Assembly: GCF_035999195.1 (NCBI RefSeq)
Contig: NZ_DASYGY010000004.1
Span: 58,827 to 122,826 of the forward strand
Source: Pseudoxanthomonas sp.
GTDB lineage: Bacteria > Pseudomonadota > Gammaproteobacteria > Xanthomonadales > Xanthomonadaceae
Direction: 5' to 3'
DNA: 64,000 nucleotides
Part shown: positions 28,938 to 38,214 of the stretch, piece by piece
Layout of the letters: every line of letters begins with the position of its first letter
How positions within the stretch are numbered: the first letter of the stretch is position 1
Program-made: the position numbers and the translations under genes
Notes under the pieces: model-generated
Told to the model about the DNA's origin: nothing
What the model saw: the letters and a program-made list of their open reading frames with translations, nothing else
Database searches by the model: none

Positions 28938-31415
28938 ATGCGTGTGCTGCTGGCCTGTCTTGCCTGCCTGATGCTGCTGGTCGGTGCCCGCGCCCATGCG
29001 CAGGATGTCGCCACGCTGCTGTCGCCCTCCAAGCCGAAGGCGCCGGAGGCCATCGCACTGGCCGACATCCCCGGACGCGCCGATGCCGACGAGCGCTATG
29101 CCGAGGAAGTGTCGCTGCGCGCCGCGCGTGCCGATCCGCTGGGCAGGCTGGTGCCACGGCTGGACGCCATCGAGAAGTCGGTGGCGGACAAGAACGGCCT
29201 GTTCGCCTACGGCGAGCTGCGCACGTTGCCGGTACTGCGGCTTGAAAGCATGGAGCGGCACTGGAAGTTCGACGCGCGCCAGTACGCGCGCTGGCGTGCC
29301 GACATGCAGGGCCTGGTCGCGCCCTATGCGCAGGATGCCGCCGAGCTGGCGCTGCGGCGCGCCGACTGGGAGCTGACGCGGCAGGGCATGTCGCCCGACA
29401 GTACGCCCGCCGCCCTGCGGTCGCGCGTGGACGGCGTCGCCGCGCGACTGCAGCAGGCCGAGCAGGCGCTGTCGTCGCCGCTGGCCGAACAGATCGGCCT
29501 GGGGCGCCGCGCCAACCTGCTGGCCGCGCGCATCCAGGCCGGCCAGCAGGCGGTAGGCGATGCCATCGCCTACACCGACCGGCGCCTGTTCCGGAGGGAT
29601 GCGCCGCCGCTGTGGAGCGTCGACGACGCCGGCGCGCTGCGCCAGGACGTGGCCGCCAGCCTGGGCCGCGAAGTGGAGTCGGAAAACCGCTTCGTGGCGC
29701 AGTACGCCGCTGCCGACTTGGGCAACCAGCGCCTGCTGTACGGACTGCAGTTGCTGCTGCTGCCCTGCCTGCTGTGGGTGGCATGGCGCCATCGGCGTCG
29801 CGGGCTGGACCCCACCTCGCCTTCGGCGACCGATGCCGAGCTGCGCGTCATCCGGCGCCCGTTCTCCACCTGGGTGCTGCTGTCGATGATCGGCGTGCTG
29901 GTGTTCGAACCCAACGCGCCGTTGTTCGTGCACCAGCTGGCGATGCTGGTCGCGCTTGTGCCGGTGCTGCGCCTGATGCCGCAGCAGGGACGCCGTCTGC
30001 TCGGTCCATGGCCGTATCTGGCCACCGCGTTCTACCTGCTGCAGCGCCTGGCCGTGCTGCTGATGGCCAGCGCCTACCTCTATCGCCTCTACTACCTGAC
30101 GCTCGCCATGCTAGCGCTGGCGGCGACGGGCTGGCTGCTGTGGCGTTCGCGCGGCGAGCGCTTCGCCGGTGTGGCGGGCCGGGCCGGACGGCTGGTGCAC
30201 GGGCTGGCCTGGGTCGCCGTGGCGATGCTGTTGGCGTCCATCGCGGCCAACGTGCTGGGCAACGTGTCGCTGGCGGAAATGCTGACGACCGGCATCATCG
30301 AGAGCGGCTACTTCGCCCTGGTGCTGTATGCCGCCGTCACCGTGCTGGACACCCTGCTGCGCCGGCTGGGTGCGCGCAGGGAGGTCAGGCGCCTGTGGCT
30401 GATGCGCCGCCACGGCGGCAACCTGCTGGACACGCTGTCGACGTGGGCGAGGGTGGCGGCCGTGGTGGGCTGGGTCGTCTACACGATGATCCGCTTCCGC
30501 CTTTTCCGTCCGGTCTACGACACCGGCAAGGCGATCGTCACGCACCGGTTCGAGTACGGCGAGCTGTCCATCAGCCTGGGCCACGTGCTGGTGTTCTGCA
30601 TCGGCGTGGTGGTGGCGGTCTGGATCGCGCGCACCTTGCGCGCACTGCTGCGCGAGGAAGTGTTGCCGCGCCTGTCGCTGCCGCGCGGCGTGGACAACAG
30701 CGTCGCCTCGCTCAGCTATTACGTGCTGCTGTTGCTGGGCCTGCTGGCGGCGTTGTCGGCGGCGGGCTTCAAGATCGGGCAGCTGGCCTTCATGTTCGGT
30801 GCGCTCGGCGTGGGCATCGGCCTGGGCCTGCAGGATGTGGTGAAGAATTTCGTCTCCGGCCTGATCCTGATGTTCGAGCGCCCGGTCAAGCCCGGCGACG
30901 CCGTCGACATCAGCGGCACCGCCGGACGGATACGCGCCATCGGCATGCGTGCGACCACGGTACGCACGTTCGAGGGCGCCGACGTGGTGGTCCCCAACGG
31001 CCTGCTGCTGTCGGACAAGGTGACCAACTGGACGCTGGTGGACCAGAACCGCCGCGTCGACGTGGATCTGGGCGTGGCCTACGGATCCGACGTCACCCGA
31101 GTGATGCAACTCTTGCAGGAAACCACGCGCAGCACGCCCGGCATCGCCGACGATCCGGCGCCTGCCGTGCTGTTCACCGGCTTCGGGGCCAGCTCGCTGG
31201 ATTTCGCCATCCGCGCCTGGACCCAGCGTTTCGACGAATGGTCGACGATCCGCAGCGACCTGATGCAGCGGCTGCATGCCGCGCTGGTCGGGTCCGGCAT
31301 CGAGATCCCGTTCCCGCAGCAGGACCTGCATGTGCGCTCGGTGTCCGAGGATCTGCTGCACTCCCTGCGCCGTCCGCCGGCGGCGGACAGGGAGGCCAGC
31401 GAAGATGGCCGCTGA
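28938..31415 (+). CDS. Large mechanosensitive channel, MscS family (MscK-like architecture)
   Basis: Signal peptide, helical periplasmic region, many TMs, [35 protein letters not shown]. Confidence 0.9.
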   Translation: MRVLLACLACLMLLVGARAHAQDVATLLSPSKPKAPEAIALADIPGRADADERYAEEVSLRAARADPLGRLVPRLDAIEKSVADKNGLFAYGELRTLPVLRLESMERHWKFDARQYARWRADMQGLVAPYAQDAAELALRRADWELTRQGMSPDSTPAALRSRVDGVAARLQQAEQALSSPLAEQIGLGRRANLLAARIQAGQQAVGDAIAYTDRRLFRRDAPPLWSVDDAGALRQDVAASLGREVESENRFVAQYAAADLGNQRLLYGLQLLLLPCLLWVAWRHRRRGLDPTSPSATDAELRVIRRPFSTWVLLSMIGVLVFEPNAPLFVHQLAMLVALVPVLRLMPQQGRRLLGPWPYLATAFYLLQRLAVLLMASAYLYRLYYLTLAMLALAATGWLLWRSRGERFAGVAGRAGRLVHGLAWVAVAMLLASIAANVLGNVSLAEMLTTGIIESGYFALVLYAAVTVLDTLLRRLGARREVRRLWLMRRHGGNLLDTLSTWARVAAVVGWVVYTMIRFRLFRPVYDTGKAIVTHRFEYGELSISLGHVLVFCIGVVVAVWIARTLRALLREEVLPRLSLPRGVDNSVASLSYYVLLLLGLLAALSAAGFKIGQLAFMFGALGVGIGLGLQDVVKNFVSGLILMFERPVKPGDAVDISGTAGRIRAIGMRATTVRTFEGADVVVPNGLLLSDKVTNWTLVDQNRRVDVDLGVAYGSDVTRVMQLLQETTRSTPGIADDPAPAVLFTGFGASSLDFAIRAWTQRFDEWSTIRSDLMQRLHAALVGSGIEIPFPQQDLHVRSVSEDLLHSLRRPPAADREASEDGR

Positions 31416-31869
31416 TGCCGGCAGCGTGCTGCGCACGCTGGGCACGTTCGACCTGGCGGCCATGCGCGGCCTGCTGCGCATGTTCGGGCGCGCGTTCGAC
31501 GACATGGCGACCTACACGCAGTCGCCGCCGGACGATGCCTACCTCGCCGGCCTGCTGGCCCGCGATACGTTCATCGCGGTGGCGGCGTTCGACGGCGACA
31601 CCGTGGTCGGCGGCCTGGCGGCGTACGTGCTGCCGAAGTTCGAGCAGGCGCGCAGCGAGGTGTACCTGTACGACCTGGCGGTAGCGGAAACGCACCGGCG
31701 TCGCGGCATCGCTACGGCGCTGATCGCCGAGCTCCGTCGGGTCGCGGCGACGCGCGGGGCGTGGGTCGTGTTCGTGCAGGCGGATTACGGCGACGACCCT
31801 GCGGTGGCGCTGTACACGCGCCTGGGCACGCGCGAGGACGTGATGCACTTCGATATCGAGGTGGAGTGA
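31405..31869 (+). CDS. AAC(3)-I family aminoglycoside N-acetyltransferase homologue (GNAT)
   Basis: [62 protein letters not shown] are hallmark AAC(3)-I segments. Confidence 0.85.
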   Translation: MAADAGSVLRTLGTFDLAAMRGLLRMFGRAFDDMATYTQSPPDDAYLAGLLARDTFIAVAAFDGDTVVGGLAAYVLPKFEQARSEVYLYDLAVAETHRRRGIATALIAELRRVAATRGAWVVFVQADYGDDPAVALYTRLGTREDVMHFDIEVE

Positions 31870-31934
31870 GCCGCGGCGATGTCGAAACCGGGTTCCGCCG
31901 ATCGTCGAAGGCAGGAACGTCCCGGGAGTATGCA

Positions 31935-32357
31935 ATGAAACCGTTCTTCGATGTCCAGCGTATCGACCATGTCGTGCTGCGCGTGCGCGACCTGGATTGT
32001 AGCGTCCGCTTCTATGGCGACGTGCTCGGCTGTCCGGTGGAAAGACGCCGCGAGCATCTCGGACTGGTCCATCTGCGCGCAGGCACCTCGATGATCGACC
32101 TGGTCTGCATCGACGGGACGCTCGGCGAGCGCGGTGGCGCGGCGGCCGGGCGCGAAGGGCGCAACCTCGACCATCTCTGCCTGCGCATCGAGCCGTTCGA
32201 CGAAGCGGCGCTGGTCGCGCATCTGGCCCGCTTCGGCGTCTCGCCTGCCGGTCCTGCCGAGATCAACTTCGGTGCGGAAGGCGATGGCCTGTCGCTGTAC
32301 TTCAACGACCCCGACGGCAACACGATCGAGCTGAAGGGCGCGTCGCGCCCGGGGTGA
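31935..32357 (+). CDS. VOC/glyoxalase family protein
   Basis: IDHVVLRV.DL; NLDHLCL; LYFNDPDGNTIELK. Confidence 0.88.
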   Translation: MKPFFDVQRIDHVVLRVRDLDCSVRFYGDVLGCPVERRREHLGLVHLRAGTSMIDLVCIDGTLGERGGAAAGREGRNLDHLCLRIEPFDEAALVAHLARFGVSPAGPAEINFGAEGDGLSLYFNDPDGNTIELKGASRPG

Positions 32358-32378
32358 TTCGCGTGCTGCGACGTGGGG

Positions 32379-33377
32379 TCAGGGAGAGGCACTGGCCTGC
32401 GGTTCGGGCGGCGCGGGCGCCTGCGCAAGGGCGGCCGTGTCCACCGGCGCATCCGGCATCGCGATGTCGGCATCCGGCAGCGGCGCACCCGGCGCCAGCA
32501 GCTTGCCTTCTCCCTGCAGCGCCTCCTCGGCCGCCTTCGTCATCACCACGATGCTGATGCGGCGGTTGATCGGATTCTGCGGATTCTGCTTGTCGAACAG
32601 CACGGACGAGGACAGGCCGACCACGCGCGACACCTTGTCCTCGTGCATGCCGCCGGCCACCAGCGCGCGGCGCGCGGCATTGGCGCGCTCGGCGCTGAGT
32701 TCCCAGTTGGTGTAGCCGCGGTTGGATGCGTACTGGGTGGTGTCGGTGTGGCCGGTGATGCTGATGTGGTTGGGCACCTGGTTCACGAAACCGGCCAGCT
32801 CGGCCAGGATCGCCTGCGTGTACGGCTTCAGCACCGTGCCGCCCAGGTCGAACATCGGCCGGTTCTGCTGGTCGACGATCTGGATGCGCAGGCCTTCTGG
32901 CGTCAGGTCGAGCAGCAGCTGGTCCTTGAACGGCTCCAGTGCCTGGCTCTTGCCGATCGCTTCCTCCAGTGCCTGCATCAGCGATTCCAGACGCTGCTTC
33001 TCCTGCGCCTTCTGCTGCTCCTCCGACGCCTGCTGCGCGTCGCCGGGCGGCTTGGCGAAGGGGTTGTCGCTTTCGCCCTTGGGCATGTCCATGGTGCCGC
33101 CGAGCTTGATCATCGACGTGCTGGCGCCACCCGGGCCGGCCGGGCCGGGCGCGGGCGAGAAGCTCTTGCCGCTGAGCGGACTGGGATTGCGGAAGTATTC
33201 CGAGATCGCCGCGCGTTCCTTGTTGGTGGTGGCGCCCATCAGCCACATCACCAGGAAGAACGCCATCATCGCGGTGACGAAGTCGGCGTAGGCGACCTTC
33301 CACGAGCCGCCGTGATGGCCGCCGCCGGCGACCTTCTTGACCCGGCGGACGATGATGGTGGGGCGCTGCTCGCTCAT
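32379..33377 (-). CDS. motB: Flagellar stator protein MotB
   Basis: WKVAYADFVTAMMAFF TM with conserved Asp; OmpA-like GHTD and NWELSAERAN. Confidence 0.95.
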   Translation of the reverse strand: MSEQRPTIIVRRVKKVAGGGHHGGSWKVAYADFVTAMMAFFLVMWLMGATTNKERAAISEYFRNPSPLSGKSFSPAPGPAGPGGASTSMIKLGGTMDMPKGESDNPFAKPPGDAQQASEEQQKAQEKQRLESLMQALEEAIGKSQALEPFKDQLLLDLTPEGLRIQIVDQQNRPMFDLGGTVLKPYTQAILAELAGFVNQVPNHISITGHTDTTQYASNRGYTNWELSAERANAARRALVAGGMHEDKVSRVVGLSSSVLFDKQNPQNPINRRISIVVMTKAAEEALQGEGKLLAPGAPLPDADIAMPDAPVDTAALAQAPAPPEPQASASP

Positions 33378-33386
33378 CGCCGTGGC

Positions 33387-34241
33387 TTACTTGTTGGCCT
33401 TGAGGTGCGCTTCGAACTCGGCGAACGGCGGGCGCACATCGGAGGGCAGCGTCTTGCGGGCGAACTCCAGCGCCACGGCCGGGTTGTAGCCGCGCAGGCA
33501 GGCGAGCAGGGCGGTCTTCACCGACTCGTACATGCGGCTGTCCTGTTCCACCTGGGCCTCGATGGCGGCGGCCAGCGGCGAGACGAAGCCATAGGCCAGC
33601 AGGATGCCGAGGAACGTGCCGACCAGCGCGGCGGCGACGTGCGCGCCGACCGCGGCGATGTCGCCGCCGATCGAGCCCATCGTCACGATGATGCCGAGCA
33701 CCGCGGCGACGATGCCGAAGCCGGGCAGGCCGTCGGAGACTTTCTGCAACGCGTGCGCGGGCGCCATCGCTTCGTGGTGGTGCTTCTCCAGTTCGAGTTC
33801 GAGCAGCGGTTCCAGTTCGTGCGGCTCGATGTTGCTGCCCACCATCAGGCGCAGGCACTCGGTGAGGAAGTCGAGCAGGTGGTGGTCGGCCAGGATCTTG
33901 GGGTACTTCTGGAACAGCGGGCTGTTGGTCGGATTCTCGATGTGCTCTTCCAGCGACATGAAGCCGTCGCGGCGCGCCTTGTTGAGCATCTCGTGGATCA
34001 GCGTCAGCACGTCCAGGTAGTCGGACGACTTGTACTTGGCGCCCTTGAACACGGACAGCGTGGCGGCGATCGTGCTCTTCACCACCTTGGTCGGATTGCT
34101 GGCCATGAACGCGCCCAGCGCGGCGCCGCCGATGATGACCAGCTCGAACGGCTGCCACAGCGCGCCGAGCTTGCCGTGCGATCCGAGATAGCCGCCGATC
34201 ACGCTCAGGGTGACGATGATGAAGCCGACGATGATGAGCAT
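33387..34241 (-). CDS. motA: Flagellar stator protein MotA
   Basis: ARRDGFMSLE, PGFGIVAAVLG, ALVGTFLGILLAYG. Confidence 0.95.
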   Translation of the reverse strand: MLIIVGFIIVTLSVIGGYLGSHGKLGALWQPFELVIIGGAALGAFMASNPTKVVKSTIAATLSVFKGAKYKSSDYLDVLTLIHEMLNKARRDGFMSLEEHIENPTNSPLFQKYPKILADHHLLDFLTECLRLMVGSNIEPHELEPLLELELEKHHHEAMAPAHALQKVSDGLPGFGIVAAVLGIIVTMGSIGGDIAAVGAHVAAALVGTFLGILLAYGFVSPLAAAIEAQVEQDSRMYESVKTALLACLRGYNPAVALEFARKTLPSDVRPPFAEFEAHLKANK

Positions 34242-34347
34242 GGCGACGCGGCCGCAGGGTGGGGTCACCCAAGGATCGGCCCGCCTCCCGGTTTCTTGAG
34301 CCGCGACCGTTCGTCGGTGCCGGATCGGGAATGACCTTCGGCAGGGT

Positions 34348-34392
34348 TGACTACAGCTGTCGCCACGGGCATTTTGACGACAACTGTAGTCA
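34348..34392. promoter_or_regulatory. Two inverted BlaI/MecI/CopY-type operator boxes
   Basis: tgactacagctgtcgcca (34348-34365) and tgacgacaactgtagtca (34375-34392) match at 16/18 as inverted copies; each has a (T/G)ACA-NN-TGT(A/C) core. Confidence 0.7.
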
Positions 34393-34404
34393 TCAGGTGA
34401 CGCC

Positions 34405-34800
34405 ATGTCCGGCAAGGCCCGCAAGTCCATCGGCGACCAGGAACTGGCGCTGCTGCAGCATCTGTCCGCCCACGGCGAAGCCAGCGTCGGCGAGGTCGCC
34501 GCCGCGTTCGGAGAACCCCGCGGCCTGGCCCGTTCCACCGTGCTGACGATGATGGAGCGGCTGCGCACCAAGGCCTACCTGCGCCGCCGCCAGGTGGACG
34601 GCGTGTACCGCTACGCGCCGGTCGCGCAGTCGGACGACGTGATGCGCAGCGCGGTGGGCAGCTTCGTCGAAAAGACGCTGCAGGGCTCGCTGTCGCCGTT
34701 CGTGGCGTGGATGTCGCAGCGCACCGAGGTCAGCGACGACGAACTGGCCGAACTGGAGGCGCTGGTCGCCACCCTTCAGTCGAAGCGGAAGGAGGGCTGA
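34405..34800 (+). CDS. BlaI/MecI/CopY family transcriptional repressor
   Basis: LARSTVLTMMERLRTKAYL winged HTH; FVEKTLQGSLSPFVA. Confidence 0.92.
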   Translation: MSGKARKSIGDQELALLQHLSAHGEASVGEVAAAFGEPRGLARSTVLTMMERLRTKAYLRRRQVDGVYRYAPVAQSDDVMRSAVGSFVEKTLQGSLSPFVAWMSQRTEVSDDELAELEALVATLQSKRKEG

Positions 34801-34801
34801 G

Positions 34802-36631
34802 ATGGACCTCATCGCACTCGCCGATGCCGCGATCGCCCGACTGCTCGCGGTCGGCCTGCAGTCGCTGATTCTCGCCGCCCTTGTGTGGGCGCTGTGCCGT
34901 TACCTGCCGCGCCTGGATGCGCGCACCCGCGCCTGGCTGTGGTGGCTGGTGGCCACGCAGATGGTGGTCGGCCTGGTCTGGCATGCGCCGGTGGCATTGC
35001 CGCTGCTGCCGGCCGAACCGGTCGCCGCGCCGGTCGTGCTGGCAGTGGCCGCGGACGCGTCGGCTTCGTCCACGCCGGCGATGTCGGTGGTGCCGGCGGC
35101 GACGGCGCAGGCCGAGGGAATCGACACGCGGGTGCTGCTGCTCGCGGCCTGGCTCGCCGGCATCGCGGTGATGCTGGCGAACACGCTGCGCCATGCGTGG
35201 CGGCTGCGCGGGCAGATCGCACGCGCGCAGCCTTGTCGCGACCGCCGCGTCCTGGCTGTGTACGGCACCCTGGTACGCCGGCTCGGCATTGCGGCCGCTC
35301 CCGCCCTGCGCGTCAGCGACGAGATCGACTCGCCGATGCTGGCGCGGCCATGGCGGCCGGTCCTGCTGCTGCCTGCCGACCGTGTCGGCGCGATGAGCGA
35401 CGACGACCTGCAGATGGCGCTGCACCACGAACTCGCGCACCTGCAGCGCCGGGACCTGTGGTGGGCCTGGATGCCGGCGCTCGCGCAGCACCTGTTCTTC
35501 TTCCATCCGGTCGCGCACCTGGCGGCGCGCGAGTACGCCTTCGCCCGCGAGGTCGCCTGCGACGCTGCGGTACTGCAGGACGAGCAGCACGCCGCCCACG
35601 ACTACGGACGCCTGCTGGTGAAGCTGGGCGTTTCCACCGCGCCATCGCCTGCACTGGCGGGCGCCTCTCCCACGTTCCGCATCCTCAAGAGGAGACTGCT
35701 CATGCTGCAGCACACCGCTTCGCCCCTGCGCACCGGCGCGCTGGCCCTGACCCTCGGCATCGTGCTGCTGGGCGTGGTGCCGTACCGCGTGATCGCCAGC
35801 AGCACACCGAAGGCGGCGCCGGCGCCGATGGCCCCGATCGTGGCTGCGCCGGTCGCGGCATCCACCGTCGCGCCGCACGCCGAGCCTGTCGTCGCACCGT
35901 CGCCACGCGCCGCACCCCGCCCGATCGTGGTCGCTGATGCGCGCGACATGCCCGCGCCCCCTGCACCGCCGGCACCGCCTCCCGCGCCCACCATCGTCCC
36001 GCCGCCTGCACCCGCGCCCCCTGCCGCACCGTCCCCGATGCGCGGCACGTGGAGCATCGGCGGCGCGCACAATGGCGACGCCTATGTGCTGATCGACGAC
36101 GATCGGGTGACGATGGCGGGGCACAGCGACGACATCCGTATCGCCAGGGCGTTGCAGCAGGGCAAGACGCCGGTGCTCTGGCTGCGCCAGGACGGCAGGG
36201 AATACATCGTGCGCGACCCCGCCACCGTCAGGCAGGTGAAGGCGGCGCACGCGCCGGTGGAAGCGCTGGGTGCGGAGCAGGGCAAGCTCGGCGAACGGCA
36301 GGGCGCGCTCGGCGAACGCCAGGGCGCGCTGGGCGTGAAGCAGGGCGAGCTGGGCATGAAGATGGCCGCCATCGGCGTCGAACGGGCCAGCGCCTCGCTG
36401 CGGCGCGACGACGCCCGGGACGCAGCCAGGGAACGCCGCATGAACGCGCTGCAGGACGAACAGGAAGCCCTGGCCCGGCAGCAGGAAGTGCTCGCCCGCC
36501 AGCAGGAACCGCTCGCGCGTCAGCAGGAAGCGTTGGCGCGCAAGCAGGTGGCCGCGACCGACCAGCTGCAGCGCGATGTCGACCGCTTGCTGGACGAAGC
36601 GATCCGCAGCGGCAAGGCCCAGCGCCTCTGA
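34802..36631 (+). CDS. M56 (BlaR1/MecR1-like) membrane metallopeptidase with Pro-rich linker and coiled-coil C-terminus
   Basis: HELAH zinc motif, FFFHP, RE.ACD, LKRRL. Confidence 0.92.
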   Translation: MDLIALADAAIARLLAVGLQSLILAALVWALCRYLPRLDARTRAWLWWLVATQMVVGLVWHAPVALPLLPAEPVAAPVVLAVAADASASSTPAMSVVPAATAQAEGIDTRVLLLAAWLAGIAVMLANTLRHAWRLRGQIARAQPCRDRRVLAVYGTLVRRLGIAAAPALRVSDEIDSPMLARPWRPVLLLPADRVGAMSDDDLQMALHHELAHLQRRDLWWAWMPALAQHLFFFHPVAHLAAREYAFAREVACDAAVLQDEQHAAHDYGRLLVKLGVSTAPSPALAGASPTFRILKRRLLMLQHTASPLRTGALALTLGIVLLGVVPYRVIASSTPKAAPAPMAPIVAAPVAASTVAPHAEPVVAPSPRAAPRPIVVADARDMPAPPAPPAPPPAPTIVPPPAPAPPAAPSPMRGTWSIGGAHNGDAYVLIDDDRVTMAGHSDDIRIARALQQGKTPVLWLRQDGREYIVRDPATVRQVKAAHAPVEALGAEQGKLGERQGALGERQGALGVKQGELGMKMAAIGVERASASLRRDDARDAARERRMNALQDEQEALARQQEVLARQQEPLARQQEALARKQVAATDQLQRDVDRLLDEAIRSGKAQRL

Positions 36632-36639
36632 TCGGTGCC

Positions 36640-36721
36640 GTAGAGCGGAGCTTGCTCCGCTGCCTTCCGATCCGATCACCGGATCTTCAAAGGCCACGGA
36701 GCCGAGCAAGCTCGGCTCTAC
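36640..36721. repeat. REP doublet (family B)
   Basis: gtagagcggagcttgctccgct (36640-36661) and inverted agccgagcaagctcggctctac (36700-36721); GTAG end plus palindrome. Confidence 0.8.
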
Positions 36722-36725
36722 GCCA

Positions 36726-37016
36726 TCACGGCGCTGTCGTTGCACCGCTCCACTGCGAACGCGCGACGCGGATGATCGCGCGAACCTGTTCGCGGTCGCG
36801 ATGGCGTGAAATGGCGACGGCGCCCAGCCGCAACGCCTCATCGCGCAAGGCTTCGGTCACGTCGTAGTGCGCGCCGCTGCGCTTGTCCTGGAATGCGCGG
36901 CGCGGCATCCCGAGTCGCGCGGCCATCCCATGCAGTTCGTCGAGCGTGTCGGCCATCAGGTGCGCCCAGCGCTGACCGCGCCACAGCGTCACCGGATCGT
37001 CCACGTACACGCTCAT
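36726..37016 (-). CDS. DUF4031-like protein
   Basis: MSVYVD, W.HLMADTLDELH.MA.RLG, HYDV pattern; ATGA coupling to upstream gene. Confidence 0.8.
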   Translation of the reverse strand: MSVYVDDPVTLWRGQRWAHLMADTLDELHGMAARLGMPRRAFQDKRSGAHYDVTEALRDEALRLGAVAISRHRDREQVRAIIRVARSQWSGATTAP

Positions 37017-37420
37017 CGCGGCGTGGTGGGCTTCGGTGGCCGCACCATGCGGTCCATCAGGTGTTCCAGCGTGGCGGGCAGGTCGCCGCAGCGGCCCATG
37101 TGCACCGGCGAGGTCTGGATGATGGAACTGCGCTTGGCCGTCAGCCAGTGGAAGCGCGCACGCGGCGGCAGCAGGCCGATCGGCGCGGCGGCGTCGCCGC
37201 CGCGGCAGATCGCCGGGATGGTGTCCAGGTGGCGGCGCAGCGAGTCGAGGTCCAGTGTGGGATCGAGCGCGAGCAGGCGCGCCTCGTCCAGTTCGATGCG
37301 CGCTTCCAGGAAGCCGGCCCGTTCGCACGACAGGATGATGCCGACATTGACGAATTCCTCGCGCTCCACGCGCGGGACCACGCGGATCACTGCGTAGTCG
37401 TAGGTGTCATGCGCGCGCAC
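37013..37420 (-). CDS. DUF3037-like protein
   Basis: YDYAVIRVVPRVEREEFVNVGIIL, FHWLTA.RS.IIQTSPVH.G. Confidence 0.85.
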   Translation of the reverse strand: MRAHDTYDYAVIRVVPRVEREEFVNVGIILSCERAGFLEARIELDEARLLALDPTLDLDSLRRHLDTIPAICRGGDAAAPIGLLPPRARFHWLTAKRSSIIQTSPVHMGRCGDLPATLEHLMDRMVRPPKPTTPR

Positions 37421-38180
37421 GGATCGTCTCCTGCACGAACGCGCTGCGCTGCGCTACACGCTGCGTCAGGTAGCTCACGTACGCGGCGCGCTGTGTCCGC
37501 GGATCGCCGAAGGCATCGGGCCCCTCCAGCCACGCATCGGGCACCTCGTCGACGATGCCGGCGATCACATCGTCGGACAGGCGCGACGCCAGTTCCGCAT
37601 CGACGTCGGCAATCCCTGATGCCCAGCGCAGCAATACGTGGTCGCGGATCAGCGGGAACGGCTTGCCCGCACCGGAGGTGTCGCCATCCCAGCCGTGATG
37701 GAAGTACAGCGCCGCGCCGTGATCGATCAGGTGCAGGCGGCGGTGCCACATCAGCAGGTTGGTATTGCGCGCCGTGCGATCGACATTGCTGATGAAGGCG
37801 TCGAACCAGACGATGCGCGAGGCGAGATCGGCATCGGGCTGTTCGGCGACCGGGTCGAAATTGACCGCGCCCGGCAGGTAGTCCATCGCCAGGTTGAGAC
37901 CGGCGCTGGCCTTGATCAGGTCCTGGATCTCGGGGTCGCCCTCGGTGCGGGCGAGGTCGGCATCCAGCTCCATCAGCGCCAGGTCGGGCATCGGCAGGTC
38001 CAAGGCCCTGGCGAGTCCGCCGCAGATCAGTTCGGCGACCAGCGCCTTCGGTCCCTGGCCGGCGCCGCGGAACTTGAGGACATACAGGCCCTCGTCGTCG
38101 GCCTCGACCACAGCAGGCATCGAACCGCCTTCCCGCAGCGGGGTGACGTAACGGGTGGCGGTGCGGAGCGGGAGCGTCAT
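37407..38180 (-). CDS. HipA-like (HipA_2) Ser/Thr kinase
   Basis: YVTPLREGGSMP, YVLKFRG, FDAFISNVDRTARNTNLL catalytic loop, LIDHG. Confidence 0.85.
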   Translation of the reverse strand: MTLPLRTATRYVTPLREGGSMPAVVEADDEGLYVLKFRGAGQGPKALVAELICGGLARALDLPMPDLALMELDADLARTEGDPEIQDLIKASAGLNLAMDYLPGAVNFDPVAEQPDADLASRIVWFDAFISNVDRTARNTNLLMWHRRLHLIDHGAALYFHHGWDGDTSGAGKPFPLIRDHVLLRWASGIADVDAELASRLSDDVIAGIVDEVPDAWLEGPDAFGDPRTQRAAYVSYLTQRVAQRSAFVQETIRARA

Positions 38181-38214
38181 CAGGCCGTCAGGATACCGCG
38201 CCCGGGATGCCTGC

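Noticed and set aside
31870-31934. attC site after the AAC(3)-I homologue
   Set aside because: No RYYYAAC...GTTRRRY core sites or attC-length imperfect palindrome; no integrase
32379-34241. Stand-alone motAB as Zorya ZorAB or ExbBD
   Set aside because: MotA is 284 aa with no long cytoplasmic tail, has canonical flagellar stator motifs, and no zorC/D/E genes are adjacent
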